From positions 491,598 through 555,597 of the forward strand of contig QPGO01000028.1 in assembly GCA_008632985.1 (NCBI GenBank): a DNA stretch of 64,000 bases, in the 5' to 3' direction. A model generated the notes under the pieces. It made no database searches. It was given only the letters and a program-made list of their open reading frames with translations, and was not told the origin of the DNA. Both the position numbers and the translations under genes were made by a program. Source of the stretch: Psammoneis japonica (Eukaryota). The stretch's first letter is position 1, and each line of letters starts with the position of its first letter. This document shows positions 46,780-58,320 of this stretch, one piece after another.

Positions 46780-49400
46780 GAGAGAACGCTTGCAACATGG
46801 TGGCCACACTGAGACTTGAATTGTTGGTCAAGTGCCCAAACTGGTAAATTGTGAAAATCAATGGAGTTTGTCACAGTGGGTTCTTCCACGCCCAGTTTCC
46901 AGCAGCTCTCTCTCTCTCTCTCTCTCTCTGCAGCCCTCTGAGGAGCGGCCAGCAGTGTGCAGCAGCAGATGTCTGCATCAGGGGCAATCTGCTCTTTTCT
47001 GGAACACCAAAAACATGGCCAATCAATGTGCAGCAGCGTGCTGTGAATTTTTTCCCCTCATTGTCTCAAAGCTTGACAGAGATCATTTCAATGCATTGTT
47101 GGGAGAACCTCCTTGTGGGGCAGTGACGTTTTCAAGCCTCGAGGGTGCCGAAAATGAGCAAAAGCTGGAAATTCGACAAAGACACACCGCCACATCTTAG
47201 ATCTTGGCCTGATTGCTGCACTTTGGTTTCTCAGCCACATGGTGGCTGGGTGCTGGTGGTGGGGAGGGGCCTGGCATTGCTCAGGGGGGGTCAAGAACGA
47301 GGCACCAGTGACGACTCCTTCTGCCGCACCAGAGTGCAGGCTGAGTTCGTCGCCCCCAACCCCAAACAAAAAACAGCGTTTTTGAAAACAGCCAAAAAGT
47401 CAGCATGGACTTTTTTGCACTTGCTGCATGTTGAGAAGTTTTTAACTTTTGTGATGCATGGAAAATGGTGCCTTCACCATCTTTGTTGATGAGACATTTC
47501 ACACATGATTTTGTTGGCACCCTTCAGACTGTTGTGCTGTGACATCACTTTTGTTGTTGGTGCCCATGCAGGATTGGCGTGAGTTTGCAAAATGGCCAAA
47601 CTTCTGCTGTTGCCAACTGTCACTCTGTCAACACCCAGATTTGGCCTGTTCCAGCTCCAGGTGATCCACTTTTCATCACGTTAAAGTCCTTCATTTTTGA
47701 TCATTTCGAAAATCGAAAGGTGAGTGCACACCCGAGAATGCATGTAAAGTGAGCACATGGAGCACCTGGAGCTGGAACAGGCCATTTGCTGCCGATTGAA
47801 TTTTGCCATTGATGTCAAGCACACCATGTGGCAGCAGTGCACTGCAGCTGAAAAAGTGGTGGGAGATTGGCAGTGGCAGAAACAAGTGGCCTGGAGGTTG
47901 CCCACTCCTCTTGCCATGTGCAACAGCAAAACTCTTGTTGAGCTGTGCAACATTGCAGCAACCTTGAGCAGCCAGCATGTGGTTGCCATGGGCTGTGTTT
48001 TCATTGCTCTTGACATTGGCGCACAACTGCAGCAGGTGATTTCATTGTTTTGTTGCCTGTGACAATCAGTCACATGCCAAGGTTGTTTTGCATTTGGTGA
48101 CCACCATGATGCTTGCACATGGTGTTGTGATTCTCATGAACCACAGTGTTGCCTGGAGACCCACTGACAGCATTGTTGTTGTCACAGATTTCAAGACCCC
48201 AGTTGTCAAGAATGCAGCACACACAGTGGATGGAGGTTCCACCATTTTCTTCATGAAATGCTGGTGCTTCTTCTGTGCCACTGCTGCTGTTGTTGTCTGC
48301 AACATGAAAAAGTGCTGCATGTTGTTCAAAGGCAAATGGCTGCAAAGTGTCAACAAACACTTTCAAATTTGGCAATGGCTTGACTTTTTTAGCTGCTCAT
48401 GAAAACAAAATGAGGATGTGCTGCTTGGCTGGGGCAATGCTTGAGAACACCTGTTAAAAGCAAGGTGCTCATCCAGAACTTTGTTCATGTGCTGTGAGAA
48501 AATGGCTTTGACAAATGTGAAAGCTTTGCAGCTCAGCAATGTCGTCTGGTTGTTGAGTTTTGTCAAATTCCCGTTTTTGTTCCATGCACCCCCCACTTAA
48601 ATCAATGTCATTGTTTTTTTTTTTCAGCAAGAAAGTGATGTGCTGCATGAAGAACAGTGCCAGTGCAATGCTCAAAAACAACACTGCTGCTTGTTGATGG
48701 AGCGCAAGGTGTGCTTTTCTTCTTGTGCAGAAACTTGCTTGTGTGCTGCAAGCAGACGGCCCTGGCAAACACATCATGCTTTGCAGCCCAGCACAATGTC
48801 TGGTTGTGAGCTTTGTTGACCCTTGTTTTGTGCATTTTCCACATCAAATCTGTGCCACCACTTTCTGCCTTGATGGCATGGTGCTCCTTGAGAGTGCTTG
48901 TTGACAACAAGGGGTGGCTGCTGCTCATCCAGAACTTTGCTTGTGTGGTGTGCTGTGAGCAGATGGCTTTGACAAACACATGCTTTGTGGCTCAGAAACA
49001 TCTGGTTGTCATTTATGATGCAGTGCTGAGTTGCATGGGAGAAGGGCAGCAAAGATCTTCTGCACAGGAGGACACATTTTTTTTGATTTTCTGCGTGTCA
49101 TCTTCTGTGCAAAATGGCATGTCTCGCAGGGGCAAACTGCTTTCAAATAAGATTTGAAGATGTGGCAACAACAAAGGAGTCATCTCATTGTGTTAAAGCT
49201 TGACAGAGTGAAGTGATGTTGGGAAAACTTGTTGTGGGCCTCCTCTTTCACAGCCTCGTCTGGATGGAGGGTCCCGAAATGAGCTCTGGTGGCTGGCGGC
49301 TGAAGCGTGCGCGAAGACGGCGGAAATGCAAAAAAAGGAAAATGAAGAAAAAACAACCTCTGTGGACAACTATGGAATCCAAAAAAAGACGCTGAACCGA
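46780..49400. other. CpG- and TpA-depleted hypermutated block F
   Basis: Near absence of TA/CG. Contains a decayed paralog of the neighbouring gene and a diverged direct repeat (ctcatccagaactttg...tgtgctgtgag at ~48468 and ~48924). Confidence 0.88.
47950..48360 (-). pseudogene. Hypermutated paralog of the 5' part and upstream region of the NxVxG/RING gene
   Basis: 48098-48136 aligns without gaps to 46191-46229. gaggttccAccattttcttcAt vs gaggttccGccattttcttcGt spans the ATG. Upstream sequence also aligns. Confidence 0.85.
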
Positions 49401-49591
49401 AATCTCTCACACGAAACAAGGCGCATTGCGTCTTTCAATCTCGGCAATCTATTCTCTACCTACTGTACCGGCATTGCTTGCTTCGCTGACGTCGGAAGCT
49501 GCATCAAACCGCTGAGCCACAGCCAACGCAGCCTCATCTTATACCCTTATCTACTTCAGTAGCAGACGACTCGTCTCCGGTGGACGACGGC

Positions 49592-51097
49592 ATGGCGGAG
49601 AGCTATGCACCCCTCCTGGACGCAACGCTCAAAATTGGACTCTCAGAGCAGCAACTGAAACAAGGAAATGAGTTTGCCAAACGAGGAGACCATGTAAGCG
49701 CGGTGCAGGAATTTGAAAAGGGTGTCCAGTTGCTGAGTGCGGGAGGAGCTGGTGAAATTATGAGTGTCTTGGCCGAACTTCGCATTTCACGTGCTCTGGC
49801 CAACCACCAAATCATCAAAGAAAGAATCAATGATGATGGTGATATTATGGATATACCTGATTCCATGGAACGGTGTCGATGCATAGTGCAAGATTGCACT
49901 GCGGTGCTCGAGTTGCGTCGTGTCGCTTCCAAGAAACAAAAGCGAGACGCACGTGCTTTGCGTGCAGCAGCCACGAGTCACCTTGCGGCAGCTCTACAAG
50001 CAAAAGAAACGGACTTGGAGACGGCACGGAAAGACATTCATGCCATACTAGAAGACCCTCGTGCGGAACCAGACCAAAAGGCCATGGTGAATGCAGCGAA
50101 ACAGCAGATCGATTCTTCCAAAAAAGCATCCAACAAAATGAAATCATGTGAAACTCGTGATTACTCTATTCGTCCGAGCTTTTGTACTATAAACGATTTG
50201 AAGCAGGTGGAGGGCTTTCACATTGGCATTGCTGGTAGTCCAAGGATTCGCCGTGCCCGTTCCTTCATGGACAAGCCCGGCCCTGTTAAAATGTCCGACG
50301 GGAGCCCCAAGCAGCTTGCTCCTGGTCTGACCTATGACATGACGGTGGAACAGATAAACCAACAAGCCATTGGTAGAGGCGCCGGAAGCTTCTTTGGGGA
50401 GTTGTTGTTTTGGAAAAAGCACGGTGGAGTGCTGTTGGGAAAGCAAAAGTGGGAATCAGAGGGTGAAATGTTGGCCGACACCGGAACCGTGAGTGAAATA
50501 TGGGATATGAGATGGGTGTTCAAAACATCCGAAGACGCCAGAAAATTCTTCTCTGATATGCTGGAGGCGTCGAGAGCCGAAGGTGGCAACGGTTTTCTGG
50601 ATAGTCATCCAGAAGTGTCGCTCACGTCTCATGAACGCTCCGTCTTGTCTTCGGGAATCGAAAGGGACGTGTTTGTGATGTTTGCCAGCCGCCCCAAGAC
50701 GAGGCCACGAAACATGAATCCAACCTCCTCCTTTGCAGCTGCTAAAGCCTTGGCGGACCCTCCGGCCTATAGTCAACAATACGGAGCCGTCTTTTGCGTG
50801 GATCGTGTCGTTGTCAAGCTCTACGCCATTGAGGGATTCAATCAAAAGTCGGGCCCGTTAAAGCGTGCCTCCTTTGTTGACTTTGTGAATCGTGCGGTCC
50901 AGGTGGTGCAAGAGTGGTGGGGCGGAAAAAGGACAGGGGTTGATGCGTTGAGTGTCTGTGCCAATTGTGGCAAGCAGTCGCGTGACCTCCTACAGTGCTC
51001 TCGTTGCAAGGCTGTTGCCTATTGCAATCGAGATTGCCAGGTTGCACACTACAAGGAGCACAAAAAGCCTTGCCGTCAGATGGCGGCATCCATATAA
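49592..51097 (+). CDS. TPR-like / MYND zinc-finger protein
   Basis: LKQGNEFAKRGDHVSAVQEFEKG is TPR-like. The C-terminal CANCGK...CSRCKAVAYCNRDCQVAHYKEHKKPC is a MYND finger. Confidence 0.85.
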   Translation: MAESYAPLLDATLKIGLSEQQLKQGNEFAKRGDHVSAVQEFEKGVQLLSAGGAGEIMSVLAELRISRALANHQIIKERINDDGDIMDIPDSMERCRCIVQDCTAVLELRRVASKKQKRDARALRAAATSHLAAALQAKETDLETARKDIHAILEDPRAEPDQKAMVNAAKQQIDSSKKASNKMKSCETRDYSIRPSFCTINDLKQVEGFHIGIAGSPRIRRARSFMDKPGPVKMSDGSPKQLAPGLTYDMTVEQINQQAIGRGAGSFFGELLFWKKHGGVLLGKQKWESEGEMLADTGTVSEIWDMRWVFKTSEDARKFFSDMLEASRAEGGNGFLDSHPEVSLTSHERSVLSSGIERDVFVMFASRPKTRPRNMNPTSSFAAAKALADPPAYSQQYGAVFCVDRVVVKLYAIEGFNQKSGPLKRASFVDFVNRAVQVVQEWWGGKRTGVDALSVCANCGKQSRDLLQCSRCKAVAYCNRDCQVAHYKEHKKPCRQMAASI

Positions 51098-51339
51098 TAT
51101 AGTTGCATCTGTGGCAAGTGTTAAAGCTATGAGCGGTTGGTGAGAACAAGGTACCATGCTTGTCTTTTAGGTTTCCCAAGTAATCTTATTTCAAAACATG
51201 TTTTATTTTTATTTTCTTACTTGTCGCGAAAGCTTTGTCTCTATATGGAAGACAACTTCGTCTGATTGAATTGCTGCAATCGAGCTGTTTGTAACCCCAA
51301 GGCATTGCACTGGAAGAGATCATCATTTATCGCACTTGG

Positions 51340-51520
51340 CCTCAAGCGTCGCCAACAGCACAGTGAGTTGAACGCATCCATCAATGCCCCAGCAGGTGGT
51401 GGAGCATCAGACAACAAACAAGAGGACTCTGTCAAGAAGAAGGTGACTTCTGAAGCTGCAGGAGCATCTGCCTCTGGGGCCATGACATTTGCAGATCTCA
51501 GGTTGTTGCTTGGAAAGCAC
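51340..51520 (+). pseudogene. Hypermutated copy of the 3' end of the SNF2-family gene
   Basis: Aligns to 57608-57788 (LKRRQQ...AMTFADLRLLLGK vs LKRRQQ...AMTFADLKLLLGK*). Confidence 0.9.
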
Positions 51521-52440
51521 TTCCATCTGCTTGCTTTTGCACACCATGATGAGGCAAACAGTCAATCAGTGTGAGCACTGGTGGCAGGAAACAATCTCAT
51601 TTTCATTGTGGCAGAAGAACAATCAGCAAAGTGGCCAGCATGCAAAGTGTCCAGGGAGCGTTCAGAATTGCTGGTTGCTGGAAGAGGACAGGCCAGTTGA
51701 CCCAAAATGCCTCCAATTGGATGATGCCTCTCAAAGTGCTGCTGTTGAGAAGTGTGACCCATGCTCAATTTTTTTGGTTTTGCCAGGTTGCCAGCTTCCG
51801 AGAGAAAAGGGTTTGTTGCTTCTTTGTTTCCCTCCACAGTGCAAAAATTGAAAATCACAATGACCAAGTTTTTGTTGAAGTGGTCAAAAGGGAACTCAGG
51901 GGCAAAAGGAGAGTGTGGGGTGTGTCAGAGGGCAGTTGGGATGGTGGTGAAGAAGGGTGGGCCAGCGGCATGGACAGGCGGCAGGAGGAGAATGTGCGAT
52001 GCAGCAGCAGCAGGGTGGCAGCAGACCGGAAAGGTTGGGGCAAGTGGGCAGGTGGTTGAAGAGGTCAGGGCCAATGTTGAGGCCAAGGAGTTGCTTGAGC
52101 AGCCCAGGATTGAGGAAAAAAGAGAAATGGCAGGATCCGAAGGGGTCAGGAGAGAGTTGCTTCCAAGAGGCATCAGCATGAGCGCAAGGAGGCCATTCTT
52201 GGATGGAGAAAGAAGGGAGGGTTGGTGTGCGGAGAGCAGGAGGCTTCTTGGGAGAGTCAGCGAAATTTGAGGGAGCAGGCCAAGGAGGCTTGGGAGGAGG
52301 GCGAGGAAGAGAGACAGAAGCGTTGTCAGAGTGGCCAAAGAAGAAAACATGAAAAATGGCAACCAAGCCTCCAAGAGGCAAAATGCCAGGCAGCAGCAAG
52401 GTTGATGGTCCAACTCGTGAAGATTTGCGCGGGAAAAATC
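51360..52440. other. CpG- and TpA-depleted hypermutated block G
   Basis: No TA seen between ~51335 and 52440, and few CG. Confidence 0.88.
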
Positions 52441-52614
52441 TACACAATTTCCTCATGACTATATGTTTTTATTTTTCGTTTCAAAATCGCGACCGCCGCC
52501 GAGCGCCGAGTGCGGCAATGGGCCATGGGCGGGGCGTGCGATTGGCGGATGCTACAGTAGTCTAAAAAAAATCACACAGCACACATCTGATTGGGATTCA
52601 CAACATTGGCAGTT

Positions 52615-55600
52615 ATGTCGCCGCCGTCTTCAGCACCATGGGCGGTTTCAGCTGTCGCTTCTGCCGCAGCACCACCACATAATAATAATGTTCTCCCTAG
52701 TAGTAGTCGCGTGATTATTCCAATCACAGTTACAGAGCCGGGAAAGCTGGGAATTAACATTACAGAATCCAAGGCTGATGGCTCTGCTCTAGTCGTGGCC
52801 GTCTTTCCAAACGCACCCATGGCATCCAGAAAACTTCGACCGGGCGATTCACCAGCATATCTGGACACCACCACAAACAAACATGTCAAGTATCCCTTTG
52901 CTACGTTTATACAATCGGCGGCTTCTGTTCGTCCTTTTCATTTTTTCGTTGTCCGTACCGTACTCCACATGCGCTTCCATCAGGCTAGGCCGCTTGGATA
53001 TACCGTAGAGGCCTATCAACAAATGGCTTCGGCCGAGCGCTTTACGCGTATTGCGTCGGTTGAGTTGAATGGTCTGGCTCATACCGCTGGGTTGCGGGTT
53101 GGGGATTTGCTATGCGCTCCGGGCACCGGTGGTGACGTTTTGATTCCATACGAAATGTTTGTTTTTGGCCTCTCATATCGTCGACCCTTGATGTTTGACG
53201 TTTTGCGTCCTGAAATGGTGAGCACTAGTCACAGAAATGCGACACGACCATCACATGCTACTACTACCCGGATCAAGGCCGAGAGAGCGACTACGGGCAG
53301 TAGTCGCAGCAAAAACAACAATACGATGGAAGTTATTGAACTACTAGATTCTGAAGAGGAAACGACAACGACTGTGGGTGCTACCGCCAACAGAACGACT
53401 GGCAGTAACTCAGCGAGTTCTTCTTCTATCTACTCTTCTTATAGCTCCACTTCCCGGGCATCCTTGCCCGTTGCCGGCCCGGCCCGTACCGGCAGAGCCA
53501 CTCACTTTCAACCCAACAAAATGCGATTCCCGCCCTTTATTGACACTCTCTTTGATGGCTCCGTGGTTGAGAACAAGATCCCACCACGTGCTCGTGGGTT
53601 GAAGTATGATCCGATTTCTGGCCAGGCTGGCAAGCTTGCTGCGATTTCACACATTCAACGATCGACAAACAAAATTGCCGATCTCAAGTACATTTGGCCA
53701 ATGGAAACACCGGTAGGTTGTATCTCTTGGATATGAATGTTGCTATCCTCCATTGCTGTATTGCCATACATGTTACCTTTTTGATTGCGGCACTTTGTTT
53801 TGAAAAAAAAAAAAACTCACATCACTCACCTATTTTCATTCTCCAACTCACATCACTCTTGCGGTTCAATTTTACACGTAGGTTCCGGAAGCAACCGGTG
53901 GCTTTTTTGAGATGTTGTCGAAACCTCTTACCCCGCACCAGCCTCCCGCCAAGAAGGCCAAGGGTACCGGTAAAGGCAGAAAGACCCACTCGAGGATCGG
54001 AAGGTTGGCTGGTACCATCACCCTTCAATTACACGTTGCGACGCGTCACATTTACAATGCAATCCAAAACAAGACACACGCTTTCTTCCTTGCTGAGGAT
54101 CTCCTATTGGCAGAGCAACGCGGGGAATACACCCAAAGATCCATGTCTGAAGAATCAAGAAACATCCTTGAAGCGATTTCAGCTCTCAATGATTGTAAAA
54201 ATCCCTTCAAGGATCGATGCCTGTACGTGATTGGGGAATCTCTCAAGCTGCCAGCTTTCCCTCGTAGCGGCCAAAGCCACATCTTTGTCGATATCAAGCT
54301 CCATGTTTACTTTCGTCGTGCTCTTTTTGGCTTGTCGGCGTGTCCTTCCACCAAGGTTGTTTTGGATGCTCTACAACCAGTTTCGGCTGAACAGCAACGC
54401 TTGTGGGTGCCTTGTCGCCAGGTTCCCGCTTCGTCCGGCAGATTCACTCGTAGTCCAGTGGATCAAGGAAATAACAATGCCGGTCGTTTTCACCATACAC
54501 TTCCTGGCCTCTTGTGGGCCAATGAGAGTACCGGATATAATGTATCATCCAACGAGGGTATGCCGTCCTATGAAGGAGCAAAGGTGGCTCTCCGTGACTA
54601 CCAAAAAGAGACTGTTGGGTGGATGCGACAACAAGAAGATCTTAGCCAGCAGTCGGGTGGAGGAGTGCCCGGCCTCAACGGTTATTTCTGGGAGCGTCGT
54701 TCCTTTGCCGACAGTACTGGAGATGAATATTACTACTTTCCGTTGGGTGGCCACGTTCTCTTGAATCCTCCTCCCATTGTGTCGGGTGGACTACTTGCGG
54801 AAGAAATGGGGTAAGGAAGCAAAAGTCGCTACATGTGTCATATGGTCAGCGTAATTGTCGTTTTTCTGTCGATCGAGCACTCATTTCGTATTGCCTTATC
54901 ACTGCTAATTCACAGGTTGGGAAAGAGTGAGTTTATGACGCTGGTCGTGTTGTACTGAATCTCTTCGTTTGTTATTCGATGTTATGCTAATCTGTACTCT
55001 CTCTGTGTGCTTCGTTCGTTCAACAGCCGTCGAGGTCATCGAGCTAATCTGCTCCGACGCTGCTGTTCGTCCCAAGTCCAACACGATTGTTCGCGGTGGC
55101 ACTCTCGTCGTCCTTCCAGTGTCACTGTTGACTCAGTGGAAGGATGAAATGGACTGCAAGGCTCCTCATCTCTCTGTGGAGATATACAATGGTGACAGGG
55201 CAAAATTATACGAGCAACATCAACGACGTGGAGCTAAAACTCTAGAAGATCTCGGTGACTTTGACGTTGTGCTTACAACGATGAGCAAGCTTCAACAGCT
55301 TACGAGAAGGAGAACGGCAGGCACTATCAACATTCTTGACAAATGCCCATGGCATCGCCTTGTCATTGACGAGTGCCAATACCTGAAGAACGACACGACG
55401 GTGATTGCCAAAGCCGCTTCTGCGATTGATGCGCAGCACATCTGGATGCTTAGCGGCACACCACTGACAAACAGACTCGATGATCTTCGCGGTGAACTTT
55501 CGCTGCTCCGAGTGTGGCCCTTTACTCTCGGTACTTCCTCCGATGAAGGATGGCTTAGTCACTTCTGGGACGTCCATGTAAAAGAGCCGTGGGACAAACG

Positions 55601-57788
55601 GGACAAAGACTGCCTCCCCGTTGTACGTTCGCTCATGTCTGCTGTTTCAATTCGCCATAGCAGGCTCCAAAAGCGGGTGGCAGATGGATCTCCACTTGTG
55701 GAATTGCCGCCACGTACGGAGCAGTTCGTTGCTGTGCGAGAGCCTTCTGATTCACACGAGACTTTTATCAATCGATGGCTAGAGGCAACAGCGGGGAATC
55801 TGCTTGACCGACTTGGTCGCATGGATGTTCGTATCCTCGGCCAGATCCTTCAGCTGCGAAAGGTCGTTACGTCGGGTGCTTTGCTGTCTCTCGAGCGCGT
55901 CAACGAAGCCCAAAAGCTCCTTGCTAGAGAGGATCTACTTTCTTCGGGTCCACTGCATGAGTTTCGGCAGATGTCGATTCGATCGGCCACGCTCGAATTC
56001 AAGCGCCAAGCTCATCTGAGCTCTGTAATTTTGCAAGAACTGAGTATGCTTCAGAATGGCGTGGCTCTATCTTCTTGCTCGTACTGCAAGGGCCCTCGGA
56101 TGCCTCCTGTGTACCTTACCTGTGATCACTCACTTTGTTCCAGATGTTGTAAGAGCCTCATCAAAACAACTGGTAACGTCGTTTGCCCCACCTGTCGATC
56201 TGATGTTCCTGTCGGCGAAATTGTTGAGGTGCTGCCGACTAATCCGAATATTGGAAGTGTTCAGGCTCCATCTCTGTCATGTGGCGATAATGTGCCTCTC
56301 GACCTCACCATGACTGAAGAGGAGCAAATGACTAACTTATTGAAGCTCACCGACGAGGATGGTGCCGCCGTTGGCCATCAGCATTTTCCAATCGATGTTG
56401 ATTCTGACAAGCCCCTTACCAAATATCTCGACGCCGATGCCGACTTTCAGAAGAACATGAGTATTACTCACACCCTCGACTCGCTCAAGAATCTCCCTTC
56501 TCCGAATGTATCCGTTCCTCCGTATCTGCTTGCCGATTTCCCACACGTGCCGAAAGCACTCGCCAAGCATATCTATGCATGCCAGGAGCACAGAGAAGGC
56601 CCGAGCGCAAAGATCAAGGCGATTGTTGATGAAATCAAGAAGATTAGGTCGTCGTCGCTCGAGGCCAAGATCTGTGTCTTCTCGTCGTTCGCCGGATGTC
56701 TCAATGAGCTTGAAGAAGCTCTCAGTTCCATCACTTACGACATCTTGATGGAGACTATCGGAAAGGGAAAATTGAAAAAAGGGGATGAAGTGACAGAATT
56801 GCAAAGCGGCCGTGTTGGAAAAGTGAAAAGCGACTCGTCCTCTTCAACCTGGGATTCTAAGTATAGGATTGTGCTCGAAGGATCGGAGCAGGTTACTGTC
56901 TTATCCCGGCGTGAAGTCGCCCTCGAACCTGCTCGCGTGAGGCGCGTTCCTTCGACTATGATTCGAAGAGATAATGGCACCATTCTAAGTGTTAATGGCT
57001 CCAATGACCGTTTTGAGACAGGCGACCATGTTCAAAGCAAACGCCCCCCTGTACCGTCGACCGAACTGCGTGTCGGCTATTCGGTACATGTAGAGGAGGG
57101 CGACCAGTGGCATACAGGCAAAATCACGGCCGTGTACAGAGGCGAGAACGGAGTTTGCTATGACGTGAAGCAAAGCGCAGCTGATGGAGGCCGAGACATG
57201 AGCAAGGTCCCGCCGTGTAGAATTGAAGACCTTGGCGATATTAATTCATACCGCCCTGCTGTCATCCAGAACATTTACTCTGATGGCACTAGCGTTGCTC
57301 AGTGGGATGATTCGTATGCGCATGCAATCGGCTACGTACGCCTTGACGGTTCGGCTGGCAACGCTGAACTGCGAGGCGAGAAGCTCAATGTCTTCCGAAA
57401 CGATCCTATGACCTCAGTTGCATTGCTAACCAAGAGAGCAGCAGGAGTTTGCCTCAATCTTACAAACGCAAACTATGCCATAATTATGGAACCCTCCGAA
57501 GATGCACACGATGAGGTTCAGTCCATTTGCCGTGTCCATCGTATTGGGCAAACTCGCCGAGTGAAGGTTCTCAAGTTTTTTGTGGAAGGAAGCATCGAGG
57601 AGCGCATCCTCAAGCGTCGCCAACAGCGTGGTGAGTTGACCGTATCCATCAACGCCCTGGCTGGTGGTGGAGCATCAGATGACGAAGAAGAGGAAGCTGA
57701 TTCCAACAAGAAGGAAGCTTCTGACGCTGCGGTATCTGCCTCCAGGGCCATGACATTCGCAGATCTCAAGTTGTTGCTCGGAAAGTAA
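52615..57788 (+). CDS. SNF2-family helicase with RING finger (Rad5/HLTF/SHPRH-like) and N-terminal PDZ-like domains; exons 52615-53712, 53882-54810, 54916-54926, 55027-57788
   Basis: LRDYQKETVGWM, GGLLAEEMGLGKT (after splicing), TLVVLPVSLLTQW, WHRLVIDECQ, LSGTP, RING CSYC...CDHSLCSRC...CPTC, RLDGS, LNLTNAN and RVHRIGQTRRV. Canonical GT-AG introns keep the frame. Confidence 0.9.
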
Positions 57789-58320
57789 AAATAGTGAGCA
57801 CCGGCGCCACTAGTAGGAAACAACTTTATTTTCATAGCGGTACAACGACTGAAGTGGCTATCGCGTAACGTCTGTCTACTAGTGTGTAGAACTACCTCTG
57901 GAGTAGAAGTAGAAGAGGATAGGATTCCCTTGCGCGTTATGCGGGGTCCATTGACTCAAAACGCCTCCCGTTGGTCGATACATTTTGAATTGCAATCTTC
58001 GAGAAGTACGATTCATACTCAATTTTCCTTGTTTTGCTAGGTAGCTATAGAGAAAAGGGTTTGTTCCCTTACAATACTAAGATTATTGTTGATCGGTAAA
58101 TGCTTTTACTCTTCTTCTCTTCCAGTGGCAAACAGGGTGTACTTAATCATCAAGCTGCTCCCGAGTCCAACTCAGGGCAGACGAAACAAAGTGGAAAGTT
58201 GACAATGCCTCCATCACACCCATAAGAATTAATCCCCGCCATCCCATGAACGTTCCAACCAGTTCCTACTCGGCGTCATTGTTGTTGGATTGCTCGTTCG
58301 ATCCTTGGTCGGCTTCCCCG

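Noticed and set aside
46780..52440. Depleted blocks as contamination or base-calling artefact
   Set aside because: They contain colinear copies of adjacent genes, the changes are strand-symmetric and context-specific, and the borders are graded. Read-level confirmation is still advisable.
52615..57788. The SNF2/RING gene as the enzyme behind the hypermutation (e.g. DNMT5-like)
   Set aside because: No methyltransferase or deaminase motifs were seen, and proximity in a eukaryotic genome is not evidence of function.
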